From a bacterium (lineage in GTDB: Bacteria; UBA8248), in contig CBDCRP010000003.1 in NCBI GenBank assembly GCA_965221165.1, positions 544,001 through 608,000 on the forward strand: a stretch of 64,000 bases of DNA, written 5' to 3'. Position numbers and translations under genes: made by a program. Shown here piece by piece: positions 18,918 through 28,069 of this stretch (positions are counted from its first letter, which is position 1; the number at the start of each line of letters is the position of its first letter). The notes beneath the pieces are model-generated. The model saw only the letters and a program-made list of their open reading frames with translations, did not search any database and was not told the origin of the DNA.

Positions 18918-19020
18918 CGTAGGGGCGGACCTGCGTGTCCGCCCTTTGCGAGCGCCCATGAAGCCACCGCGCCATCGGGCCGAATTGAAAATCGGGCGGA
19001 CACGCAGGTCCGCCCCTACG
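18918..19020. repeat. REPIN-like doublet: perfect 27-bp inverted repeat of a GTAG-type REP
   Basis: CGTAGGGGCGGACCTGCGTGTCCGCCC (18918-18944) and its exact reverse complement (18994-19020), 49-bp spacer. Confidence 0.9.
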
Positions 19021-19179
19021 CCACTTCGAAAACCGCAACCGCTCATCATAAATCGGTATTCACCCCCCACCGGCGCGCCTTTGGACACGCGCTGCGAAGG
19101 GGTGCTACGTTTTTTCCCATAACGATTCCGGTTTCCATCCGCGCGCAAGGGCGCGCACGAGGCGAAAGGGGGTTTGGAC

Positions 19180-20283
19180 ATGCAGGCCGATCTGTTCCGC
19201 GTGGCGATGGATTCACCAGACGACATATCCGGCGTGGTCGCTCTCGTCGAGGAGGGAAAATGCCGCCCCGAAGAAATCGTCGGCATCATGGGGAAAACCG
19301 AGGGAAACGGCTGCGTGAACGATTTTTCCCGGGGATTCAGCAATTTCGTTCTGCTCGATTATTTCTCAAAGGCGATGGGAAAAGCGCGAGAAAAGGTGGA
19401 AGAACAGATCGCCCTCATCATGTCCGGCGGAACCGAGGGGGTCATGTGTCCCCATTTTTCGGTGTTCACCAAGTCCGCGAGCGGGCCGGGAGACGGAAGC
19501 GCAAAGCGCCTCGCCGTCGCCTCGGGCCATACGGCGGACTTTTTGCCGGAAGAAATGGGCAGGATGCCCCAGGTCCACGCGACGGCGGATCTCATCCGGC
19601 AATTGATGGAAGAGGCGCAAATCGATAGTGCTGCGGATCTGCATTTCGTGCAGGTGAAGTGCCCGCTCTTGACCGGAGATCGCATGGCGGACGCCTTTAG
19701 GCGCGGAAAGACGGTCTGCACCGAGGACACGTATAAGTCGATGGGGTACTCGCGCGGCGCCTCGGCGCTGGGCGTGGCTCTGGCGGCCGGCGAGGTGGAA
19801 GAGAGCCTCTTGAGCGACGACGTGGTTTGTAAGGACTGGTCCCTGCAATCGGGAGTCGCCTCGACTTCTGCGGGAATCGAACTGATGTGCAACGAGGCGA
19901 TGGTCATCGGCAACAGCGCGGCCTGGGGCGGAGAACTCGTCGTCGGCCACGGCGTCATGCAGGACGCCATCGACCGCGACGCGGTTCGAGACGCCATCGT
20001 GAACGCCGGGATTTCATTCGACTGGGCGCTCTCGCCCGAGGAACGCGCGCGAATCGTCAACGTATTCGCCAAATGCGAGGCCTCCCCCGACGGCCTGGTG
20101 CGGGGCCGCAGGCACACGATGCTCGACGATTCGGACATCAACAACACGCGCCACGCCCGCTCGGTGGTGAACGCCGTGGTCTCCTCGGTCGTCGGCGACA
20201 CGATGATGTACGTCTCGGGTGGTGCTGAGCACCAGGGCCCTCCCGGCGGCGGGCCCGTCGCGGCGGTCGTCCGGGCGGAGTAG
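19180..20283 (+). CDS. atzD: Ring-opening cyclic amide hydrolase (Toblerone fold), cyanuric acid hydrolase type
   Basis: GKTEGNGCVNDFSRG, MSGGTEG, FVQVKCPLLT, SMGYSRGASALG, STSAG, YVSGGAEHQGPPGGGPV. Confidence 0.9.
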   Translation: MQADLFRVAMDSPDDISGVVALVEEGKCRPEEIVGIMGKTEGNGCVNDFSRGFSNFVLLDYFSKAMGKAREKVEEQIALIMSGGTEGVMCPHFSVFTKSASGPGDGSAKRLAVASGHTADFLPEEMGRMPQVHATADLIRQLMEEAQIDSAADLHFVQVKCPLLTGDRMADAFRRGKTVCTEDTYKSMGYSRGASALGVALAAGEVEESLLSDDVVCKDWSLQSGVASTSAGIELMCNEAMVIGNSAAWGGELVVGHGVMQDAIDRDAVRDAIVNAGISFDWALSPEERARIVNVFAKCEASPDGLVRGRRHTMLDDSDINNTRHARSVVNAVVSSVVGDTMMYVSGGAEHQGPPGGGPVAAVVRAE

Positions 20284-20463
20284 CGCATCTACATCACTGC
20301 GCTCGAAGTCGCCGTCCCCATCCTCCGCGGCGATACGGGCGCCTGTATTTATAAGGTCAAACACGATTGATGAATGAGTGTTTGCCGACCGAGGCGGGAG
20401 AAAAATCACTCCCCCCTTTTTTATAATCACTCTCCTCTTCTCGCTCGGGTTTGACGGTTTTGA

Positions 20464-20630
20464 CGTCATTCCGGTGTCAGACCCGACCAATGCGGGAGGG
20501 TTTGCGGAATCCATTGGTTTTGCCTTTGTTTTTTATTTCCTCATTGATTCCCGCGAATAACAGGGGGATGAAGATCCAAAGCATTGTCTTTCGGCTCGGC
20601 TCTGGATTCCGGCATGCGCCGGAATGACGG
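20464..20630. repeat. CGTC-type REP-like doublet
   Basis: CGTCATTCCGG...GGAATCCA (20464-20513, expanded loop), inverted relative to CTGGATTCCGGCATGCGCCGGAATGACGG (20602-20630). Confidence 0.7.
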
Positions 20631-20725
20631 CGGTGGTGAATTCCGACCGAGGAGAGAGGTTATGCGAATCGTTGATTTCCTCATCTGTAAGCAATCGCTC
20701 CCTCTTCGGTCGCGATTGACCTCGC

Positions 20726-21802
20726 TTATCCCGCCGATAAGTTGCGCCTGGCTTGTACGAACACCACCGTGAGCACGATGATGGCCTGAAAGACGAACAC
20801 CGCGGCGCCCGGCAGTCCGATGCTGCGCTGCAGTGAATCGGAACCCGAGACCAGCACGGCGAACACCGCGGCGGCTATCGTCACCCCCAGCGGGTTGTTG
20901 CGCCCGATGACCGCGATCAGGATGGCCATCGCGCCGTAGTTGGGCGCGCCCTCCGCCCCGCTGATCCCCAGAAGAAGGCTCTGGTGGAATCCCGAGACCT
21001 CGATGGCCCCGGCCAGACCCGAGAGCGCGCCGCAGGTCGGCATGATGATCAGGGTGATGCGCGCGACGTTGATTCCCCCAAAACGCGCGGCCCGGGGGTT
21101 GTCCCCCACCGCGCGGATCTCATACCCGACGATGGTGCGCGTCATCAAGAAATACATGCCGAGAGCCGCCGCCAGCGCGATGATGAAGCCGAAGTGCGCG
21201 CCCGATTTCGGCATGACCTGGGGCAACACGGAAGCGTCGGGGATCGGGAGCGAGATGGCTTCTCCCGCCAGGGGGTCGTTCCAGGGGCCGTTGGCGAGGT
21301 AATCCACCAGATAGAGCGCTACGAAGTTCAGCATCACCGTCACGAAAATCTCGCTCACCCGGAAGCGCACGCGCAGGATTCCGGGAATGAATCCCCAGAA
21401 CCACCCGCCCAGAATGCCGCCCAGCATCCCGAGCGGAACGAATATCGGCCAGGGCAGGTTCAAACCTTCTAAAGCAAAGGCCGTGCCCGTCATGCCGATC
21501 GCGCCCGCGTATATCTGCCCGTCCACGCCGATGTTGAAGTGGCCCCCCCGCATCCCGAAGGCGACCGCGAGCGAGGCGAGCAGAAGCGGGCAGAATTTGT
21601 TCAAGGTCTGAGCGAATCCGCCCCACGTGCCGAGCGAGGAGCGCAAAACGGTCCCGAGCGCGACGAGCACGTCCCCGCCGAAGGCGACGATGAAGATTGC
21701 GCCGCACGCCAGGGCCAGTATAGCCGCCGTCGAGTAGGTGATCGCGATTTCAATGGCCGCTTTTTTCTTCTCGCTCACACTCGCCGCGCTTAAACTCGCC
21801 AT
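20726..21802 (-). CDS. ABC transporter permease (nucleoside/BMP type, NupB-like)
   Basis: FNIGVDGQ, EIFVTVMLN, GYEIRAVGDNPRAARFGGI; multi-TM. Confidence 0.9.
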   Translation of the reverse strand: MASLSAASVSEKKKAAIEIAITYSTAAILALACGAIFIVAFGGDVLVALGTVLRSSLGTWGGFAQTLNKFCPLLLASLAVAFGMRGGHFNIGVDGQIYAGAIGMTGTAFALEGLNLPWPIFVPLGMLGGILGGWFWGFIPGILRVRFRVSEIFVTVMLNFVALYLVDYLANGPWNDPLAGEAISLPIPDASVLPQVMPKSGAHFGFIIALAAALGMYFLMTRTIVGYEIRAVGDNPRAARFGGINVARITLIIMPTCGALSGLAGAIEVSGFHQSLLLGISGAEGAPNYGAMAILIAVIGRNNPLGVTIAAAVFAVLVSGSDSLQRSIGLPGAAVFVFQAIIVLTVVFVQARRNLSAG

Positions 21803-21803
21803 T

Positions 21804-23354
21804 TTAAGAACCCGCCCCCTGTTTGTGGCCCGCCATGAGGGCGCCTATCTGGTAGATGTCGTACTCGGGGCCGTCAAAAGCGCCTGAAATCTCCCCCGCA
21901 TAGATCACGACGATGCGGTCGCTCATGAGGCGAAGCTCGTCCAGGTCTTCTGATATCAGCAACACCCCGGCTCCGCCCGCGCGAAGCTCCCGCAGTCGGC
22001 CGTGGACGAACGATGCGGCCATGACGTCGAGACCGCGCGTGGGGTTGTTGGCGATCATCACCTTTCCGCCGGTCTTGTGGGCGAGCATGACCGAGCGCGC
22101 CACGATGGTCTTCTGGATGTTTCCGCCCGAGAGATGCGCGGCGGGCACGTGCTCGTTTCGAGCCAGGATGTTGAATTCCGCGATGGCGTTTCTGCCCATC
22201 TCATGGACGGCCTCGCGCTCGAATATTCCGCGCCGCTTGAAGATGTGCGGGTGCAGGCCGAGCACGAAATTCTCCGCAAGGCTCAGGCCCGGCAGAATCC
22301 CCTCCTCGATCCTGTCCTGCGGCAGGAGGCTCATCCCCCGCGCGATGCGCCCCGACACCGAAAGGTTCGATACTTCCTCGCCGTCGATGTGGACCTCGCC
22401 CTCTTCTATTTCGATGAGCCCGGCCAGGGCTTCCGCCAGTTCCTTCTGGCCGTTTCCCGAGATGCCCGCCATGCCGACGATGAGCCCCCGGGGGACGTCG
22501 AAGGCGACGTCCTTGAGAGGAACCCCCCACTTCGCCGAGGTGCGCACCCCCTGGACGGACAAAGCGGGATGTCCCTCCCGGGCCGCCGAGGGTCCGGTCG
22601 GCCGCTCGCCCTCGGGAGGCATGCCGCGCTCGCCCATCATCATCTGGACGAGTCTTTCGCGGGTGGCCTCTTCGCGGGGGATCGTGTCGATCTTCAGCCC
22701 GCCCCGGAAGACGGTGATCCGGTCGCAGTTGTCCAGAACTTCTTGGATTTTGTGCGTGATGAAGACGACCGTCAGACCCTCCTTGGCGAAGGACTTCAAG
22801 ATGGAGAACAGGCCGTCCACCTCGTGGGGGGTTAGCATGGTCGTCGGCTCGTCCAGAATCAGGATGTCCGCGCCGTGATACAGCGCCTTCAGGATTTCGA
22901 CCTTCTGCTGAATCCCGGCGGGAAGGGTTTTCACCTGCTCATCGAGCGGGATGGAGAGGCCGTAATTCGCCGCAAGCTCCTCCACGGAACTGCGCCGGGC
23001 GTCCACGTCGAGCTTCCAGCGCGAGCCCTCTTGTCCGAGCAGAATGTTCTCGAGCGCGGTGAAATTGCCGATCAACTCCACGTGCTGGTGAACCATCCCG
23101 ACGCCGACCGCGATCGCATCCTGGGGCGAGCGGATCTCCACCTCGCGCCCTTCGATCGCAATCTGTCCATCGTCCATGCGGTAGAGGCCGCTCAGGATGT
23201 TCATGAGCGTGGTCTTGCCCGCGCCGTTCTCTCCCAGGAGGGAGTGGATCTCCCCCCTGGCGGCCTCGAAGTCCACCGCGTCGAGGGCGCGGACTTCCCC
23301 GAAGGATTTGCTGACGCCGTACATCTCGACGCGGGAATTCATTTTTTCCGTCAT
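21804..23354 (-). CDS. ABC transporter ATP-binding protein, two NBDs (sugar/nucleoside type)
   Basis: GENGAGKTT, ILDEPT, GISGNGQ, LSGGNIQK, PTRGLDV. Confidence 0.92.
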   Translation of the reverse strand: MTEKMNSRVEMYGVSKSFGEVRALDAVDFEAARGEIHSLLGENGAGKTTLMNILSGLYRMDDGQIAIEGREVEIRSPQDAIAVGVGMVHQHVELIGNFTALENILLGQEGSRWKLDVDARRSSVEELAANYGLSIPLDEQVKTLPAGIQQKVEILKALYHGADILILDEPTTMLTPHEVDGLFSILKSFAKEGLTVVFITHKIQEVLDNCDRITVFRGGLKIDTIPREEATRERLVQMMMGERGMPPEGERPTGPSAAREGHPALSVQGVRTSAKWGVPLKDVAFDVPRGLIVGMAGISGNGQKELAEALAGLIEIEEGEVHIDGEEVSNLSVSGRIARGMSLLPQDRIEEGILPGLSLAENFVLGLHPHIFKRRGIFEREAVHEMGRNAIAEFNILARNEHVPAAHLSGGNIQKTIVARSVMLAHKTGGKVMIANNPTRGLDVMAASFVHGRLRELRAGGAGVLLISEDLDELRLMSDRIVVIYAGEISGAFDGPEYDIYQIGALMAGHKQGAGS

Positions 23355-23418
23355 AACGCCTTCCGTTCGGAGCGCCCCCACCCTCGCTCGCAAGTCCGGG
23401 AGGGGGCGCTCACATCTT

Positions 23419-24420
23419 CTATTTCGCCAACATGACCTTTTTCATCACGAGCCGGGGCTTGATAGCTCCGTTGCGCACCTTTTCATACGTCTCTTTGGTT
23501 CTCTTCATGGCCTCGGCGGATACGTTCCCCAGCGAACCGAGCTCGAAGCCGTTCCCCGAGCGCATGGCGACGTATCCCCCGGGGGATCCTTTCAGGATTC
23601 CTTCCATGACCTGCCGGTAGGGAGGCCGGAAGTCGATGATCAGCGTGCCCGCGAAATGCTTGGGCGCCTTGTCCGTCTTGTCGGTGTAGAACGTGGTGAT
23701 CAGCACCTTGCGCTTCGCCTTCTTGGCGGCCTCTGCCACCCCGTACACGCCCAGGTTCACCATGTTGATGATGAAGTCCACGCCGCCTGCGATCATGGCG
23801 TCGGCGGTCTGGCGCGCCTTGACCGGATCGTTCTGGTTTCCGGTGAAGGCGTAGGAGAGCTTCGCCTTTGGGTTGGTCGCCTTGAGGGCGTCCGAGATGG
23901 TGTTGATGGAAGCCTTGAAATCCGGAAGCGGGATTCCCACGATGACGCTCACCTTGTTCGTCTTCGTGGCGAGGCCGGCAAGCACGCCGAAGGGATAGAA
24001 GGCCTCGAAATAGTGGCGGTGAATGTTCCAGACGTTTCCGGGAACCTTGAACTTGCCCGAACTCTCCATGACGAAAGTCACTTCGGGGAATTTCGGCGCC
24101 AGCTTCTGCACGAGCCGGACGTATTGTCCGCCGTGGAAACCGATGATGGTGAAGCCCGAGGAGATGTACTCGCGCGCCACCCGCTCGGCGTCCGCCGGGG
24201 AGATGCGCTCGGAGTAGGAGGTTTCGATCTTGAACCTCTTCTTGATGTCCTGGGCGACCTCATAGCCCCGGAAGTTGTAGTCCGCATCCTCGATGGGTCC
24301 GGGCAGGATGACGGCGAACTTGTGGGCCTTCGCGGCGAGCGCCGGGACGGCCAGGGTCAGGGATAGGGCCGCGAGCGCGGCGGCGGCGAAGAACAATCGG
24401 CGTGTCCATTTGGTTTTCAT
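23419..24420 (-). CDS. BMP-family ABC substrate-binding protein (purine/nucleoside-like)
   Basis: AAGGAGG then ATG at 24420; ILPGPIEDADYN, IGFHGGQY, GVLAGLATKTNKV. Confidence 0.85.
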   Translation of the reverse strand: MKTKWTRRLFFAAAALAALSLTLAVPALAAKAHKFAVILPGPIEDADYNFRGYEVAQDIKKRFKIETSYSERISPADAERVAREYISSGFTIIGFHGGQYVRLVQKLAPKFPEVTFVMESSGKFKVPGNVWNIHRHYFEAFYPFGVLAGLATKTNKVSVIVGIPLPDFKASINTISDALKATNPKAKLSYAFTGNQNDPVKARQTADAMIAGGVDFIINMVNLGVYGVAEAAKKAKRKVLITTFYTDKTDKAPKHFAGTLIIDFRPPYRQVMEGILKGSPGGYVAMRSGNGFELGSLGNVSAEAMKRTKETYEKVRNGAIKPRLVMKKVMLAK

Positions 24421-24466
24421 TTCACACTCCTCCTTGATGAGAAAGCACATTATCCCGGGCGCGGGC

Positions 24467-25408
24467 TCAATCCCGGGTTTCACGGTCGTAAGGCCTCGTA
24501 AGCGCGCGGGGGCTCTCGGCGCCCCGCGCGACCTGGACCAGAACAATCATGGCGAACACGTACGGCAGCATCAGCAAAAACTGCGGCGGAATGATTTTGG
24601 CGAACTGCGGCAGGGCGTTCACCTTGAACTGAAAGGCGTCCACGTAGGCGAAGAGCAGCGCGCCGACGAACGACCATACCGGAACCCACCGCCCGAATAT
24701 CACCAGCATCAGGGCGAGCCACCCCCTTCCGTTCACGATGTTGTCCGTGAACGAGCCCGAGATCACGAGCGGCAGGTATGCCCCCGCCACGCCCAGAAAA
24801 AGTCCGCCCACCGCGCACGCGCCGTAGCGCATGCGGGCGACGTCGATCCCCACCGTGTCCGCCGCGCGCGGGTTTTCCCCGCAGGCGCGCAGCCTCAGGC
24901 CCAGCGGCGTCTTGAAGAGGAAAAAACTCACCGCCGCTACCAGGAAATAGGACATGTAGACGAGTCCGTTCTGCGCGAAGAAAATCTCGCCGATGTAGGG
25001 GATTGCGCCCAGAAGCGGGATTTTTATCTCTTGTAATGTCGGCACCTGGGGGATGGATTGCACGACGCCCACCGCCAGCCGGTAGATGGTGGGCGATACC
25101 CCCAGTCCCAGGACGAATATTCCCAGCCCGATGACGATCTGGTTCGCGCGCAGTGTGATGGAGAAATACGCCAGAAGCAACGTCAGCACGCTCCCCGAGA
25201 GCGCCGCGACCATGCAGCCGATGACCGCGCTGCCCGAGTAGTAGGTGAGCAGAAAGCCCGTCACCGAGCCGAGCGTCACGATGCCCTCGATGCCGACGTT
25301 CAGAATCCCCGAGCGTTCGATGATTGTCTCGCCCAGGCACGCGATGATGAGCGGCGCCATCATGAGCATAGTGAGCTGGAAAAGGGATATATCGAACAAA
25401 AGGGACAA
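24467..25408 (-). CDS. ABC transporter permease (nucleoside/BMP type, NupC-like)
   Basis: ERSGILNVGIEG, GLRLRACGENPRAADTVGI, GRGWLAL, LPY; probable TTG start at 25408 after GGGGAG. Confidence 0.9.
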   Translation of the reverse strand: MSLLFDISLFQLTMLMMAPLIIACLGETIIERSGILNVGIEGIVTLGSVTGFLLTYYSGSAVIGCMVAALSGSVLTLLLAYFSITLRANQIVIGLGIFVLGLGVSPTIYRLAVGVVQSIPQVPTLQEIKIPLLGAIPYIGEIFFAQNGLVYMSYFLVAAVSFFLFKTPLGLRLRACGENPRAADTVGIDVARMRYGACAVGGLFLGVAGAYLPLVISGSFTDNIVNGRGWLALMLVIFGRWVPVWSFVGALLFAYVDAFQFKVNALPQFAKIIPPQFLLMLPYVFAMIVLVQVARGAESPRALTRPYDRETRD

Positions 25409-25770
25409 GAAGGCGTACTCCCCGCAGTGGTATGAAAATGTGAACACTCGTCTCCGCGCGCCGCTTCCCGGGAGACGGGGCATATTGTCCTTGTGGCTTG
25501 GCGGTCAGTATGCCTCATGTATTTCTCAAATTCAAAATACCGCCTTTATGTTTCCGGCGTGTAACGCGGATTTTTCCTTTCCAATTTTTCATTCCGTTCC
25601 CTCTAATCAGCCTCGGCGCGCCGTCCGCCGCGTTGCGTTCGCGATGAAGGCGGATGCGTTGCCCGCCGCGTTCGGTTCATACATAATGCGCCCATTGCAC
25701 ACGCTTCCCTATGAACCGACTGCCAAGATGGAGATCGTTTCTTTTCTTCGTCCAAAAGGAGACCTCCGAA

Positions 25771-26487
25771 ATGGAATTGATCGATCTGAGCATGGAAATA
25801 TACCGGGACATGCCGATTTACCCGGACCTGCCCGGCCCCTCTCTCACCGTCGATGAAGACTGGGACACCGTGGCCCGGCGCACGGGCTCGATCAACTACG
25901 GCGCCCCCATCGTGACGAACCACTGCGTCATCTTCATGAGCGACCACACCGGAACGCACATCGACTCTCCCTGGCACAACAACCCCGAGGGCTTCACGAC
26001 TGAGCGCATCCCGATAGAATGGTGCATGTCGGACGGCGTGGTTCTCGATTTCACCGACAAGGAGGCGGGCTACGCGATCACGGCGGCGGACCTGGAAGGC
26101 GCGCTCCGGAAGATCGACTACACGCTCAAGCCTTTGGACATCGTGCTCATCCGCACCGACGCGAGCGTGGACTGGCAGACGAACCCCGACTACACGATGA
26201 ACCAGCCCGGCATGAGCGCCGAGGCGACCCACTACCTCATCGACAACGGCATACGCGTGATGGGGATCGACGCGAGCGGCTGGGACGTTCCGATCTGGAA
26301 GATGCACGAGACGCGCAGCTACTGGGAAGCCCACCGGGTCATGCTCGAGAAGGACTACTGCCACATGGAGAACATGGTGAACTTGAACCTGATCCCCAAG
26401 TCCCACGGGTTCAAGCTCTCGGTGCTGCCCATCAAGTTCCGAGGCATGTCGGGCTCCCCCATTCGCGCGGTGGCGATCATCGAGTAG
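25771..26487 (+). CDS. Cyclase family metal-dependent hydrolase (kynurenine formamidase / isatin hydrolase-like)
   Basis: AAGGAG then ATG; HTGTHIDSPWH (HxGTHxDxPxH), MGIDA, HMENMVNL, GSPIRAVA. Confidence 0.9.
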   Translation: MELIDLSMEIYRDMPIYPDLPGPSLTVDEDWDTVARRTGSINYGAPIVTNHCVIFMSDHTGTHIDSPWHNNPEGFTTERIPIEWCMSDGVVLDFTDKEAGYAITAADLEGALRKIDYTLKPLDIVLIRTDASVDWQTNPDYTMNQPGMSAEATHYLIDNGIRVMGIDASGWDVPIWKMHETRSYWEAHRVMLEKDYCHMENMVNLNLIPKSHGFKLSVLPIKFRGMSGSPIRAVAIIE

Positions 26488-26512
26488 CCCTCGGGCAACT
26501 GGAGCGAGTGAA

Positions 26513-28069
26513 ATGGCGCTGGCCGTCCGCGTCCTGGCAGGCGCGTACCACGATTCGGTGAAGCTCATGCGCATCAGCGCCTCCGCGTGCGAAAGGCCGG
26601 GGGTCCGGAGGGCGGTGGCCCTCATGGGCACGCCGATGAATCTGGAGCAACTCGCATCGAGCGGCCTGTTGGCGGAAGAAGCGAAAGGCGCCGGCCCGAA
26701 CGACCTCGTCCTCGCCGTGGAGGCGGATGGCGCAAGCGCGGCGCAAAAAGAACTCACCATTATGGAAGCGGCGCTCACAGCCCCCCGCACGGGCGCGGGA
26801 GCGGGCGCGTTCGCGAACCTCTCGGCGCCCACTCTGGATGCCGCGCTCGACAATGACCCTCTCATCAACCTGGCGCTTTTCTCGATTCCGGGCGCAAGCG
26901 TGCGCCGCGAGGCGGAGCGCGCGCTCAAAAAAGGTCTCCACTGCCTCATCTTCAGCGACAACGTGACTGTTGAAGACGAGGTGGCGCTCAAGCGCATGGG
27001 GCGCGAGCGGGGTCTGCTCGTCATGGGTCCCGACTGCGGCACGGCGCACATAGGCGGCGTGGGCCTCGGGTTTTGCAACGTCATGCGCCCCGGCGGAATC
27101 GGGATCGCGGGCGCGGCGGGAACGGGGATTCAGGAAGCCATGGCCGCCATCGACGCAAGCGGCGGCGGAATCTCCTGCGCGCTCGGGACTGGCGGGCGCG
27201 ACGTGTCGGACGCGGTCGGTGGGCTCGCCATGATCCAGGCTATTGAAACTCTTAGCGAAGATACGGCGACGGAAGTTCTCCTCGTTCTCGGGAAACCGCC
27301 CGAGGCCGCCGCGATGGAAAAAGTGTTGGAGACGACTGCGCGAAGCGCAAAGCCCGCCGTCATTCACTTCGTCGGAGGCCGGAGCGAGGATGTCCGCAAA
27401 CATCCCGGTCTTCACGCGGCCGATTCGCTGGCCGCGGCGGGAAGGCTCGCGGCATCTCTGAGTGAAGGGCGCATCGACGCAGCAGCTCCTGAAATCGACT
27501 CTGAAACGAGAGAAAGAATCGCCGAATGGAATCGCGCGCGCGCGCAGGGGCGGAGATTCCTGCGCGGCGTCTACACGGGCGGAACGCTGTGCGCCGAGGC
27601 GCAGGCGCTCATCGGAAGAACCGTGGCGGGGATTCGCTCCAACGCGCCCCTCGATAAAGCGGGCGGCAAGATGGCCGACCCCATGAAATCACAAGGCCAT
27701 GCGGTCGTGGATATGGGGGATGACCTCTTCACGCGGGGAAAACCCCATCCCATGATCGAGCCTGCGCCGAGGAACACGAGACTCCTTCAGGAAGCCGAAG
27801 ACCCCGAGACGGCGGTGGTGCTCCTAGACTTGGTACTGGGGTTGGGCGCGCATGATAACCCGGCGGAAGAGGCGGCGGGAGCGATCGAGAGTGCGCGAGA
27901 ATCGAGTCCCGGCGTCTTGTTCATCGGCTCCGTCACGGGGACGGAGGGCGACCCGCAGGGTTTGGAGGCCCAGCGCGTCCGGCTGGCCGAGGCCGGAGCC
28001 TTGGTGGCTGATACCCACGCCGGGGCGTGTCTGGCCGCCGCCGCCGCACTCGAGGAGCTTGTCGAGTGA
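26513..28069 (+). CDS. fdrA: FdrA/YahF (AllF-like) acyl-CoA-synthetase-fold protein, putative carbamoyltransferase subunit
   Basis: YHDSVKLM, MGTPMN, FSDNV, MGPDCGTA, GTGGRD, GGTLCAEA, DMGDDLFTRGKPHPMIEP. Confidence 0.9.
   Translation: MALAVRVLAGAYHDSVKLMRISASACERPGVRRAVALMGTPMNLEQLASSGLLAEEAKGAGPNDLVLAVEADGASAAQKELTIMEAALTAPRTGAGAGAFANLSAPTLDAALDNDPLINLALFSIPGASVRREAERALKKGLHCLIFSDNVTVEDEVALKRMGRERGLLVMGPDCGTAHIGGVGLGFCNVMRPGGIGIAGAAGTGIQEAMAAIDASGGGISCALGTGGRDVSDAVGGLAMIQAIETLSEDTATEVLLVLGKPPEAAAMEKVLETTARSAKPAVIHFVGGRSEDVRKHPGLHAADSLAAAGRLAASLSEGRIDAAAPEIDSETRERIAEWNRARAQGRRFLRGVYTGGTLCAEAQALIGRTVAGIRSNAPLDKAGGKMADPMKSQGHAVVDMGDDLFTRGKPHPMIEPAPRNTRLLQEAEDPETAVVLLDLVLGLGAHDNPAEEAAGAIESARESSPGVLFIGSVTGTEGDPQGLEAQRVRLAEAGALVADTHAGACLAAAAALEELVE

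Noticed and set aside
19180-20283. Barbiturase assignment
   Set aside because: SMGYSRGASALG and YVSGGAEHQGP match the cyanuric acid hydrolase pattern as I recall it, not the barbiturase variant; the substrate is still unproven
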